A stretch of 64,000 nucleotides of DNA, taken from NCBI GenBank assembly GCA_028033615.1, contig JAOFDG010000004.1:4637-68636 (forward strand), written 5' to 3'. The DNA is from Verrucomicrobiales bacterium. GTDB taxonomy: Bacteria > Verrucomicrobiota > Verrucomicrobiia > Verrucomicrobiales > DEV007. Every line of letters begins with the position of its first letter. Within the stretch, counting starts at the first letter, position 1. Below are positions 36,095 to 45,656 of the stretch, one piece after another. The notes under the pieces are model-generated. The model saw only the letters and a program-made list of their open reading frames with translations, did not search any database and was not told the origin of the DNA. Position numbers and translations under genes: made by a program.

Positions 36095-37516
36095 TTAATT
36101 TTCCCAAATTTTGTTCCAAGTATTAATTGATCGCTGAAGATTTTCTTTAGCATCTCCTTTTATTGCATAGCATTGGAGGCCGATTGGTCCATTAAACTCG
36201 TTGTTAGCTAATATTTCCATCAGGTGTGATTGATCAAAATCACCTTTGTCTAGGGTTTGTATCAGTTGTTGCCATGATTTACTATTTTTTTGAGCCCCGC
36301 TAATGCTAACTTGCCATAGGTATGGAGCGGATTTCTTAATGGCCTCTGTTAAGTCGCTTTTTGGTTCAACTTGGAGAAAGTGGCATAAATTAAACATGGC
36401 ACCAACATTGTCTCTTTGAGATTTTTTTGCAATTCTCACGGCATCTCCGATCCGGTCGATGTAAAAACCTGCGTGAGGGTAAAGAACTATTTTAAGTCCA
36501 GATTTACTCGCTTGGTCTGCAATTTCTCTAACAAATTTAACAGCATCTTCATCAGTATTGTTTTTTTTATCTCCCTGAACGTAGAGTTCAATAATGGTAT
36601 CAGTTCCTTTGAGTTCACGAATTAGTTCAGATATTTGAGGATTATAATCGTGACCATTCCTACCGAGTTTTCCTCCAACATAAAAACTAAAAAACTTTAA
36701 GTCTTGGTCCTTAAAAGCTGATATTCGATCCTTTATGCTTTCATTTGTTTTTAAATAAGCTGAACCGATTCCATCATAACCCAGTTCCTTTAGTATTTTT
36801 GCTTTCTCTTTGGCCGAGTCAAAATGAACACCATTATGAAAGGCAAAGAATTCAGGCTTCTTTTTGAGTGTTGCGATTTTTCTTAATTTAATATTACGAA
36901 AAAACACCCTGTCTCCGTGATTCTGCATTCCTATTCTACCAACTTCTCTATGTAAACCGGGTATTTTATCCCCATGAGTTTTCGCAAGCTTGCCAAGGTC
37001 TGTATCTATAACTTTTGCTTCGTTGACCCAGACCGTGCAGTTGTCTTCGATACACTTGATTCGAATAGTTTGCCAATTTCCAGCCTTTTTAGTGGCACGA
37101 CGGCTCGGCGCTAGTGCCGCATATATAGCTCCGGTGAATTGGTTCGGCTTAAGGTTTTTCCACTTCTCTCCTCCGTCATCAAGTAATTGAATTTCAATGC
37201 CATCAACATAGGGGGTTCCTTTTTTTGGAGCCCGAATAAAAACTCCGCTATTACCGTTTTCAGGAAGATTAAAATCCATAGATAGTTCAAAATTAGAGTA
37301 GTCTTCTTCAGTTGAAATCCACTGAGCGCCTAGTCCACCAGTGCATGAAAGGATTCCATTATTCACTTCCCAATTTTCAGATGCCTCTCCACCAATGCCT
37401 TCCCATCCATCAAGGTTTTTCCCATTGAAAAGGTTAATAGTTGGCTGTTCAGCTTTTACGTTAGATATGGAAAGCAAAAGTAGACTAGCAAGCGTAAATT
37501 TAAATATAGTGAGCAT
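36095..37516 (-). CDS. Exported fusion: DUF1080 (3-keto-disaccharide-hydrolase-like) domain + xylose-isomerase-like TIM barrel
   Basis: Signal peptide. Residues ~23-215 carry LFNGKNLDGWE, NSGVFIR, EIQLLDD, TGAIY and GRIGMQNHGDRVFFRNIKLRKI. Residues ~220-473 show TIM-barrel sugar-isomerase/epimerase-like features (LKELGYDGIG, KIVLYPHAG, NLCHF). Confidence 0.8.
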   Translation of the reverse strand: MLTIFKFTLASLLLLSISNVKAEQPTINLFNGKNLDGWEGIGGEASENWEVNNGILSCTGGLGAQWISTEEDYSNFELSMDFNLPENGNSGVFIRAPKKGTPYVDGIEIQLLDDGGEKWKNLKPNQFTGAIYAALAPSRRATKKAGNWQTIRIKCIEDNCTVWVNEAKVIDTDLGKLAKTHGDKIPGLHREVGRIGMQNHGDRVFFRNIKLRKIATLKKKPEFFAFHNGVHFDSAKEKAKILKELGYDGIGSAYLKTNESIKDRISAFKDQDLKFFSFYVGGKLGRNGHDYNPQISELIRELKGTDTIIELYVQGDKKNNTDEDAVKFVREIADQASKSGLKIVLYPHAGFYIDRIGDAVRIAKKSQRDNVGAMFNLCHFLQVEPKSDLTEAIKKSAPYLWQVSISGAQKNSKSWQQLIQTLDKGDFDQSHLMEILANNEFNGPIGLQCYAIKGDAKENLQRSINTWNKIWEN

Positions 37517-37643
37517 TGCAGAGGATATTATTTTATCTCCTCTTAAGTATCAATAGAAATGACTATCACAGTAATATTTGAAAATATGATATTTTATATT
37601 TAGGGGCTCGTAAATAGCTCTGAACACAGTATAAAATATAACA

Positions 37644-40217
37644 ATGAGAGTGATTTTATATTCTATTCTTGTAACTCTAATCTCAGGTATATTTGTTGAT
37701 TATGCATCGGCTAAGGAATTTTCTAATCCCAAGGAAGGGCACCCTCGATCCTCATATTCTAATTATTCAAAAAAAGAAATTAAGGCCCAGGCTTCAGCGA
37801 TAAGGGAAAGTAAACCCCAAATGCATAGAGGGGGGTGGGAATGGGATCGCCTTTTAGAAAGGTATATAGATAGTAACAGAAAAGATCCGAATGAGTTGCA
37901 GATTCTTAAAGCCTATATCCTCAGTATTATTGACCGCTACAAGGAAGCAAAGTCTAACGGTGAAGGGTTAAAGTTTACTTTATTTTATAATCATAAGTCA
38001 TGGGGTAGTGGGGGACGCCTACGAATTTATGAAGAACTTGTTAATCAGGATATGCTTACAGAATCTGAAGAGTTTGAATTTAAAGAATTAGTATTACATA
38101 GCTTAGAGGCAGATTTTCCAGATTACTCCTTACTTGAACGAGGTGTTAATAATAGGCCGTATGGCATTAATGGCGGCCCTTCGATTGCTGTAAAAATGTT
38201 TCCTCAGCATCCTTCCTCTATAAGGCATAGCAAATGGCTCGATGCTCTATGGCGAGAACTTGATGAATACGGTGACACGACTGAAACGAATTATTATCCC
38301 TATGGTCCGCTTTATCTTCAAGGTCTTGTTGATATGGCATACGGAATGAATAAATTCAAAACAGATAGAGATTTTCTATATTCTCATTTTAAAAGGTATC
38401 TTAATTATATTCATGGTGGTGGTGTGCGAGGGAATCCAAACTCTTCTGCTAATATTACCCCAGGTAATCGTGAAGCTACCTATGAGGACCCATGGAACGC
38501 TGAGTACTATGGTGGAGCAGAGAGTGTAAATGATGGTCACTTATGGTACCGAGTTGCAAAAGAATATAAGGATCCTGAGTTTCTTTGGGCTTCAGAGCAA
38601 GTTTGTTTAGGTGGTCGTCCTCCGAAGGGATACAAAATACCGAACATTTATCTAGAAGCATATAAAAAAAGGTACTTCTGGTTCATGGAAAGGGGAATAA
38701 AGCCAAAGCCACCTGAAGGAGGGTCATCGATTGGTTATTATAGTCCATTAAAACATAAAATTCCTGAGCGGCTTTATCTGTGCTCGAGCCGTGAAAGTGG
38801 TAAGCCCTTCGCCTCATTTTTTATCTATGACAGAAATAATAATTATATGCACTACTGTGATGATTCGGATGGCAAGCTCTACGAATACTGTGTTGATGGG
38901 GCGAAGTTTCTTCATACAAGTGGTAAGTATACAAGCGGTCGAGCAGGTGTCGGAGAAACAGCATATGACATGTTGTCTGTGCTTCCGCCGGATATGAAGT
39001 TTCCAATCAAGGAGGGATATGAAATGGATACCCCCTCTGGTAAATCTTGGAAAATGGCCTCTTTGTCCATCAAGTTAGCTTTAAATTCTAGGGAGGGACC
39101 TGATTCAAAAAATTGGAGATTTGATGAAAAAATCAGTCATTTTCGTCGCACTGATCAGCCAAATCTCGGTTTTTCTTATGGAAATATGGATGGGTACTGG
39201 CAATTAAATAACGATTACAAGTTACGATCCCTAAGGATAGGGCCCTTTCCTTCTGGGTCCCGAATTCAAAATCTAAGAATCGCTGGTCCCGCTGGAGAAA
39301 AGATTCTTGAGTCTTTTGATTCTGTTTCTGACGATCTAGTTATTGAACTCGTTAATGGGGGTAATCGTATTCCACTAGAAGGTAAAATGAGAGAGCAATT
39401 GTGCCGAGTCGTTGACGGAGGGAGGAGGCCTGGGAAATGCATTGGAATAGGAGACCTTGGTCAAGGAAATGGTATCTCATTTACTCTAGACAACTTAGAT
39501 GAGAATTTTGATGGGCAGACTGAATTCACTAGAATCTCATATGATTTTTTAGGTCAATCAAAAGGCGGTATAACTCCCAATGTCAGAACAAACCCTCGTT
39601 ATTTTACTCCACTGTGGCATCGCGGAGCAATTCTTGAAAGGAATGATTTGAAAGCAGATAATAGTGGAGATGATTCTTTTGGGCAATTCACTATGAGAAA
39701 CTATTACGGTGCTAATAGTGAATGGACTAGGCAGAGCGTGTTGACTTCAGAGGGTTATCTAATAGTCCGTGACCAGTATATACCATGCTCAGATGTTGAT
39801 GGATACGTTGCAGCGCCTTGTTGGTCAATTGCGGCGGCAAAAAAAGTTTCAGTCAAAGGAGCGCAATGGTTCGACGCGCCTGCTAGAGATCATGCTTGGT
39901 GGCAGAAAAAGAAAAAAAGAGTTATTCTTTACCTTCATCGCGGAGAGGATCAAGAAATTGGACAAGTCGAGACGCGCACTTCTCAAGATATCGGCGGATT
40001 AAATGTTAGGAATACTTATGCCAAAAGTTCTTTAAAAGCTGGAGAACCTATTATTTGGTTAAGTGTATTTAATCCCTATGATGATGGTCGGGATGCATCA
40101 AAAGTGGCTTCTATGATTAATACCAGTATTAACGAAAATGGAAGTATCAGTGCTAAGATTGGAAATACAGGTATTTCGATTAATGAAACGGGAGAGTGGT
40201 CGGTTAAGAGGAATTAA
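37644..40217 (+). CDS. Large secreted protein of unknown function (857 aa); the N-terminal half may be an alpha/alpha-toroid of a polysaccharide-lyase type
   Basis: Long ORF with a signal peptide (ILVTLISGIFVDYASA). I could not place it in a named family. The lyase idea rests only on context and a helix-rich N-terminal composition. Confidence 0.55.
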   Translation: MRVILYSILVTLISGIFVDYASAKEFSNPKEGHPRSSYSNYSKKEIKAQASAIRESKPQMHRGGWEWDRLLERYIDSNRKDPNELQILKAYILSIIDRYKEAKSNGEGLKFTLFYNHKSWGSGGRLRIYEELVNQDMLTESEEFEFKELVLHSLEADFPDYSLLERGVNNRPYGINGGPSIAVKMFPQHPSSIRHSKWLDALWRELDEYGDTTETNYYPYGPLYLQGLVDMAYGMNKFKTDRDFLYSHFKRYLNYIHGGGVRGNPNSSANITPGNREATYEDPWNAEYYGGAESVNDGHLWYRVAKEYKDPEFLWASEQVCLGGRPPKGYKIPNIYLEAYKKRYFWFMERGIKPKPPEGGSSIGYYSPLKHKIPERLYLCSSRESGKPFASFFIYDRNNNYMHYCDDSDGKLYEYCVDGAKFLHTSGKYTSGRAGVGETAYDMLSVLPPDMKFPIKEGYEMDTPSGKSWKMASLSIKLALNSREGPDSKNWRFDEKISHFRRTDQPNLGFSYGNMDGYWQLNNDYKLRSLRIGPFPSGSRIQNLRIAGPAGEKILESFDSVSDDLVIELVNGGNRIPLEGKMREQLCRVVDGGRRPGKCIGIGDLGQGNGISFTLDNLDENFDGQTEFTRISYDFLGQSKGGITPNVRTNPRYFTPLWHRGAILERNDLKADNSGDDSFGQFTMRNYYGANSEWTRQSVLTSEGYLIVRDQYIPCSDVDGYVAAPCWSIAAAKKVSVKGAQWFDAPARDHAWWQKKKKRVILYLHRGEDQEIGQVETRTSQDIGGLNVRNTYAKSSLKAGEPIIWLSVFNPYDDGRDASKVASMINTSINENGSISAKIGNTGISINETGEWSVKRN

Positions 40218-40233
40218 GTGATCCGTGGTGATA

Positions 40234-40734
40234 TCAGGGTGAATGAATGAAAAATGTATCACTTTTTAAATGATAAGTGTGCTCGAAGGATGATTTTCGA
40301 GATTCTTTTTTTTCTATAATTAAAGTTGGTTCTATTTCTATCGCGAAACTTAACTTCCCAGATTTAATGGGAGTGAGCACATAAGTGTAACCCAATAGTT
40401 TACTGTCTTGGCTTTTGTATATATCAGGTAGTGATTCGTCGGGTTGGAATACAGTAGGACCATCTATAAATTGTTCTTCGACTCCGTCACAATGAAAATT
40501 AACTATAGACTTTGAACCCCTTATCTCATTAGCGTTATCCAGATTGAGTTTAGTTCCCTTTTCTATGATGAGTTGAACCCACACAGTGAATGAGTTTCCC
40601 GGAATTCCTTTACTGTAGTTGTGCTGAATAAATAGTTTGGGGTCACACGAATTAATTGATTTTTTTGATACTCTAAAAAAACATGTAACAGCTAATACAA
40701 CTAAAAGAGTGGTGGTGACAAAAAGAATGATCAA
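40234..40734 (-). CDS. Hypothetical membrane-anchored protein (166 aa)
   Basis: One N-terminal TM helix (IILFVTTTLLVVLAVTCFF). It is the last gene of a same-strand gene string. No family recognised. Confidence 0.45.
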   Translation of the reverse strand: MIILFVTTTLLVVLAVTCFFRVSKKSINSCDPKLFIQHNYSKGIPGNSFTVWVQLIIEKGTKLNLDNANEIRGSKSIVNFHCDGVEEQFIDGPTVFQPDESLPDIYKSQDSKLLGYTYVLTPIKSGKLSFAIEIEPTLIIEKKESRKSSFEHTYHLKSDTFFIHSP

Positions 40735-40782
40735 TTTATGAATCTCTTGTTAGCTGATTAATGCAAATAACAAAAACGATCA

Positions 40783-42483
40783 TTATTCAAAAACCGATTC
40801 AGAAAAATCCATTTTATAAATAATTCCTTTGTCGTACCCAATAGCAAAAATATTTCTCGAATTATCTAGTCCAAAAGAAACTATTCTGTCAGGGCAATTG
40901 CCAATTTGACGAATCATTTTTAGTTTACGATCAACTTGTTTAATTCCCCATATTTTCTTTGATTGGTAATCGGCACAAATATAAATTCCCTCATAAGAAT
41001 CTTTTTCTTCATTTGCTGACCTTATAACATAACCGCCTGTTATTGATACACCGTGGGATCGACGAAAAGAAATAATTGGTTTAATTAATTTTTTTGTATC
41101 TTTCTGAAATTTCGTTGAAAAAAGTTCATAACCTTCGTAAATATTCCATCCAAGGTTTTCTCCCGATCGAACAATATTTATTTCTTCAAAACGGTTTTGA
41201 CCAACATCTCCCACCCAAAGATCTTTTGTTTTTGAATCGAAGCTAAATCTCCAAGGTTGGCGGAGGCCATAAGCATAAATTTCTTTAAGTGCGATTTTGT
41301 TTGGATGTTTAATGAATGGGTTATTCTCTGGGATTGAATACATTTTTCCATTCTCTTTTTTGTTTACGTTTATGCGAAGTATCTTTCCCGAGAATGAATT
41401 CAAATTTTGTGCATTTCCTAACGGGTCTTCCTGAGGTCCTCCGTCACCCATTCCTATATAAAGATAACCATCAGGACCAAATTCTATACCTCCACCATGG
41501 TGAAATTCTGTAGCGACTTCAAATTCTAGAATTTTTTTTGTTGGGGCTCCAGAATCCTTTCTCAGATTTACAGAAGCTGTTCTTTCTCCAATAACCATTC
41601 CTCTATAATTACCGTTCCTTACTTCGTGCATAAAAAAGTATCTTCTGTTCTTTTCAAAGTTAGGATGAAAAGCAAAACCTAATAAGCCTTCATCATTAGT
41701 TACATAAACTTCTTCTGGTATGGCCAGAAAAGTTGACTGTTTTTCAATACCTTTTTCGGATCTCTCTAAGAGGGATACTAAAGCGCGGCTTTTCTCTACG
41801 ATAATGTAGGAGTCATTAATTATTGGGTGTTCTCCAAACCAAACAGGCTTCTCAAAATCGAGATTCTTTCCAAAAATGGGTTCAAGTTTAATAGGTTTTT
41901 TGATTTGTTTAATTTTTAGTGGAGTGCCTTTTTTACTTAGACCTTTGGTGATTGGTTGCTTGAGACTTTCCAGGAATGATATCAAATCAGTGAATTCATT
42001 GACTTCTAGCTGAGCATGTAAGCTCGCTGGCATTAACGATACTGAGCTTGTAGATTGTTTTTTTATATTAGTCTTTTGAATAACCTTTTTTCTTTCGCCG
42101 AGATTTGAAAGAGTGATTTCTTTATCCGATACGGATTTAAGAATTCCCATAAATTTTCTTTGATCGGTTGTCTCTATAACCGTAGTTCCATAGCCTGTCA
42201 TAATATTGGCAGAAGGATTCATTACTGAGAGAATCAGATCAGCTCTCGAAAATTTGTCTCCTGCAGCAGATAGATCTGGCCCAATACCATCTGCTTGGCC
42301 ATCTATAGAGTGACACTCAGAACAAAGTGCTCTTTTATCTTTAAAGATTTTTTTTCCGTTTTCCGGATTGCCCTCACGCCTTAATGCAGAATCGAGATAC
42401 TTTTTATCAGTCTGATTTTCAGTACCTCCTGCGCATAAAGGAATTAATAAGACAAGAAATATTAACTTATGGGAAAAGTGCAT
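40783..42483 (-). CDS. Cytochrome c domain + PQQ-dependent sugar dehydrogenase (GSDH/sorbosone-dehydrogenase-like beta-propeller)
   Basis: Signal peptide. CSECH heme motif near the N-terminus. HHGGGIEFGPDGYLYIGMGDGG, GLRQPWRFSFD and NLGWN motifs of soluble PQQ aldose dehydrogenases. Confidence 0.8.
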   Translation of the reverse strand: MHFSHKLIFLVLLIPLCAGGTENQTDKKYLDSALRREGNPENGKKIFKDKRALCSECHSIDGQADGIGPDLSAAGDKFSRADLILSVMNPSANIMTGYGTTVIETTDQRKFMGILKSVSDKEITLSNLGERKKVIQKTNIKKQSTSSVSLMPASLHAQLEVNEFTDLISFLESLKQPITKGLSKKGTPLKIKQIKKPIKLEPIFGKNLDFEKPVWFGEHPIINDSYIIVEKSRALVSLLERSEKGIEKQSTFLAIPEEVYVTNDEGLLGFAFHPNFEKNRRYFFMHEVRNGNYRGMVIGERTASVNLRKDSGAPTKKILEFEVATEFHHGGGIEFGPDGYLYIGMGDGGPQEDPLGNAQNLNSFSGKILRINVNKKENGKMYSIPENNPFIKHPNKIALKEIYAYGLRQPWRFSFDSKTKDLWVGDVGQNRFEEINIVRSGENLGWNIYEGYELFSTKFQKDTKKLIKPIISFRRSHGVSITGGYVIRSANEEKDSYEGIYICADYQSKKIWGIKQVDRKLKMIRQIGNCPDRIVSFGLDNSRNIFAIGYDKGIIYKMDFSESVFE

Positions 42484-42499
42484 TCATTAGTTTAATAGG

Positions 42500-42530
42500 G
42501 CTGAGCTAGGTGTAGCTTGTCTAGCTCAGC
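42500..42530 (-). terminator. 10-bp perfect hairpin between the LamG/TSP3 gene and the PQQ dehydrogenase gene
   Basis: GCTGAGCTAG (42500-42509) and CTAGCTCAGC (42521-42530) are exact reverse complements with an 11-nt loop. There is no strong U-tract on the minus strand, so it may act as an attenuator or RNA-processing site rather than a full terminator. Confidence 0.35.
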
Positions 42531-42550
42531 TTAGGCCTATTTTAATTATC

Positions 42551-45500
42551 TTATTCTTCATTTTCCGTTACTTGGAAAAAGATTTTCTTAGATCCGGATA
42601 AGGGATTTTCAAGTCCGGGCTGATCTTCTGCAGGATAAACGGTGAAGTCTCCACCAGACTCTATGGAATCATCAAGATCTGCATCGAATTGTGACAAGTC
42701 ATCTGAGTAGAATAGGGAGTAGGTTTTTCCTCCTCTTGAGTTCCACTTAAGGCGGAATGTGTCTTTTTCAGAATCATAAATAATTTCAGTAAAGTTTAGA
42801 GGAGTTATGCCGCCAGCCACACCAAGTGCCCAGTCTATTGATTGACCTATTAGAGTCTTCCCGTCCTCAGTGAAGTTATTAAATGTGCTATCAGTCATTC
42901 CAAGCATGACTCTCTTTCCAGGTGCTAAACTTCCATCATTGAGTTCTTCTCCCTCATCAACAAGGGTGAGAAATAACCTGCTGGGATCATCTTGTTCTGA
43001 TGCTAATGATATTGAACCTGGGGCTTGCTGATCTGTTGACCACCATATTTCAGTTTGACCAGTAGATATTGTAACGTCGTCCCCCACGTTAAATCCTGCA
43101 GTCACAGGATGGTCCTCAAGAATAGTAATTACATGATCTTCGGCAGCGTTATCCTTAGGTCTTCCTGAAGTGACTTGAAATTCACCGCTGCCATTATCAG
43201 CAATGGCTTCTTCCCAGTTGACAACCGGTGTTGTGGAGTCCTGAAATTTATTTCGCATGTCTCCAGAACCAGGGGTTGAAGAAATGACCAAAACTGCATA
43301 TTCAGATTCTTCACCTGCGTCTGTCTGGTTTGCTTGCTTGTAAGTTATATTTTGAGGTCCATATCTCTCTTCTAGAAAACTCATCACAGCTGCGTCGGCA
43401 CCTTGAGTGGCTTCTGCCTGACCACCAATGAAAAGAATGCTTAGACCAAGTTGAGGAATGTCATTCGCATCTGTTGGGTCAGTTCCCTGACTTATTTCCG
43501 TATCATCACTAAACCCATCCTCATCTGTATCCTGTTTATTAGGATCAGTTCCCGTATTGCTGGCGCTTACGAACTGTCCTGTATTGGTTTCTACTCCATC
43601 TAAAAGCCCATCTTTATCTGAGTCTGCATTAAGTGGATTTGTTTTGGTTACTTCAATTTCTTCCTTGTCGTTTAATCCATCCTCGTCTGAGTCAGCTTTA
43701 TTTGGTTTGGTTCGAGAATCAAACTCATCAGCGTTTGATAATCCGTCTCCATCATCATCACCCTCAGGGTCATCAACGCCATATTTTTCTTCCCATGAAT
43801 CAGGTAGACCGTCTCCGTCTTCGTCTTCCTGAGTTGCTCCTATCGGGCTAGCCCCATCAGCCAACGCTTGAATAGTTCCCTCTGGAAGAGCTTCAGTCCA
43901 AATGGTGACGTCATCCAAGTATCCGTTAAAGGAAATCTCTCCATTATTTCGTCCACCCAATATGAAAGTTCCACCACCGTTCGGCGCACGCTGCGCTTGT
44001 GGGCCTCCATCGACTTGTCCATTTAAATAAATTGTCGCTGTGTCGTTTTCTCCATCATAAACCCATGCGGCATGTGCCCACTGCTCTGCTTCCAGCACTG
44101 TAGAAGCATTCCAGTCTGCTCCCCAATGAGCGCTATGGAGAAATCCTCCATTACGAATTCCATTATGAATACCTTGTTGAGTTTGACCCCAGATGAAGCC
44201 TTGTCCACCAGCTGAACCAATCGGTTTCAACCAGCAAGAAAAAGTATAGCTGCCAGTTTCGAAGTTACTGATCATTGAATTCATATCAATACCTGGAAAA
44301 TCTAGGTGACCGCCATTGAAGCTCGCTCCAGTTATGGGTGTAGGTCCACTTTCAGCGCCTTCAACATCAAAGGTTACATCTCCATCAACTTCGCCGTCAT
44401 GAGCGTTACCACTTAAATCAACCGCTTCTTCCTCGAAATCGAGGTAGAGTAAGGGTTGAGGAATTGCTCCCTTGCTGTTTTCATCATTAGGGTCTGTTCC
44501 TCCAGCTATTTCACCACCGTCAGAATAACCATCCCCATCTGAATCTATATTATGAGGATTAGTTCCGGTATTTTCTTCATCTACTAGAACTCCAGTATTT
44601 GTTTCAACGCTATCAATTAGACCATCCTTATCAGTGTCTGCTTTTTTAGGGTTCGTTCCAGTATTTGTTGCACTAACGAAAGTTCCTGTGTTCGTTTCAA
44701 CTCCATCACTGAGTCCGTCTTCATCCGTATCTGTTAAAGTTGGATTAGTCTGTGTTTCCTCATATTCATCAAGGTCGGTTAAGCCATCACCATCAAAGTC
44801 TCCAGTCCCAGATCCTGGTCCTGGTCCAGCTGCGTTACCATTTAAGTCTTCAAGATTATCGACAAGGTTTTCCTCGTAATAGTCAGGTAAACCGTCTTCA
44901 TCATCATCCTCATTGTCTCTGCCGCTTGGGCTCAATCCCTCTGCAATAGCTTTAATTTGATCCTCATCTAGTGCTACTTGCCAAATGGCTAAATCGTCTA
45001 TGATCCCTTGAAAATTTTGTACGCCTCCATTACGACCACCAATGATTATTGAGCCTCCTCCATTAGGTCCAGTTTGATCTGTTTTTTCAGAGTCGAATTC
45101 TCCATTAACATAGATAGCACCTCGACCCAAATCAGAGTCATAGGTGAAAGTTAAGTGGGCCCATTCGTCTGGGTTTAAGGGAAGTGTCCCACTAAAGTCT
45201 GACCCCCAGTGAGCATGGTAAGTATTACCGCCTCTGAATCCGTGATGGATTCCCTGGTTTCCTTGGCCAAATATAAAAGCATCTCCGGAGAAGGCTGCTT
45301 GATCAGGTTTGACCCAACAGGCCATAGTGTAGCTTGCTGCTATTCCTTGATCTCTGTTACCAAAATCTGTGGGAGCATCTGAGCTTTCTACATTGATATA
45401 TCCAGATGAGAACTGAGCCCCTGCACCAGGTGTAGATCCTTGAGGCGCTCCTTCAGATCCAAAATCAACAGCCCCATTGACTGTTCCTTCACGCTCGTTG

Positions 45501-45640
45501 CCGCTCGAGTCAATTACAGATATCGTTCCAGCTGCATCCTCAAAATCATAGTAAAGATAAGGAGTTGGTATTTGTGCATATGAGTGAGTCAGCGACAAAA
45601 CCATAAATAGAAATAGTGATAATAATTTGTACATTTTCAT
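42551..45640 (-). CDS. Large secreted protein with two LamG-like domains, thrombospondin type-3 (calcium-binding) repeats and an uncharacterised C-terminal region
   Basis: Signal peptide. The LamG-like modules end IIDDLAIWQVALDEDQIKAIAEG and YLDDVTIWTEALPEGTIQALADG. Each is followed by D-x-D-x-DG-x-x-D runs (DTDEDGLSDGVETNTG, DTDKDGLIDSVETNTG, DSDGDGYSDGGE, DSDEDGLNDKEE, DSDKDGLLDGVETNTG, DTDEDGFSDDTE). Confidence 0.8.
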   Translation of the reverse strand: MKMYKLLSLFLFMVLSLTHSYAQIPTPYLYYDFEDAAGTISVIDSSGNEREGTVNGAVDFGSEGAPQGSTPGAGAQFSSGYINVESSDAPTDFGNRDQGIAASYTMACWVKPDQAAFSGDAFIFGQGNQGIHHGFRGGNTYHAHWGSDFSGTLPLNPDEWAHLTFTYDSDLGRGAIYVNGEFDSEKTDQTGPNGGGSIIIGGRNGGVQNFQGIIDDLAIWQVALDEDQIKAIAEGLSPSGRDNEDDDEDGLPDYYEENLVDNLEDLNGNAAGPGPGSGTGDFDGDGLTDLDEYEETQTNPTLTDTDEDGLSDGVETNTGTFVSATNTGTNPKKADTDKDGLIDSVETNTGVLVDEENTGTNPHNIDSDGDGYSDGGEIAGGTDPNDENSKGAIPQPLLYLDFEEEAVDLSGNAHDGEVDGDVTFDVEGAESGPTPITGASFNGGHLDFPGIDMNSMISNFETGSYTFSCWLKPIGSAGGQGFIWGQTQQGIHNGIRNGGFLHSAHWGADWNASTVLEAEQWAHAAWVYDGENDTATIYLNGQVDGGPQAQRAPNGGGTFILGGRNNGEISFNGYLDDVTIWTEALPEGTIQALADGASPIGATQEDEDGDGLPDSWEEKYGVDDPEGDDDGDGLSNADEFDSRTKPNKADSDEDGLNDKEEIEVTKTNPLNADSDKDGLLDGVETNTGQFVSASNTGTDPNKQDTDEDGFSDDTEISQGTDPTDANDIPQLGLSILFIGGQAEATQGADAAVMSFLEERYGPQNITYKQANQTDAGEESEYAVLVISSTPGSGDMRNKFQDSTTPVVNWEEAIADNGSGEFQVTSGRPKDNAAEDHVITILEDHPVTAGFNVGDDVTISTGQTEIWWSTDQQAPGSISLASEQDDPSRLFLTLVDEGEELNDGSLAPGKRVMLGMTDSTFNNFTEDGKTLIGQSIDWALGVAGGITPLNFTEIIYDSEKDTFRLKWNSRGGKTYSLFYSDDLSQFDADLDDSIESGGDFTVYPAEDQPGLENPLSGSKKIFFQVTENEE

Positions 45641-45656
45641 TTTTATATTTGTGAGA

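Noticed and set aside
43129-44949. Seven alternate-frame or antisense ORFs of 60-91 aa within the LamG/TSP3 gene
   Set aside because: They are a by-product of the repetitive GAT/GGT-rich TSP3 coding repeats. Their translations are Ser/Pro/His-rich low-complexity strings.
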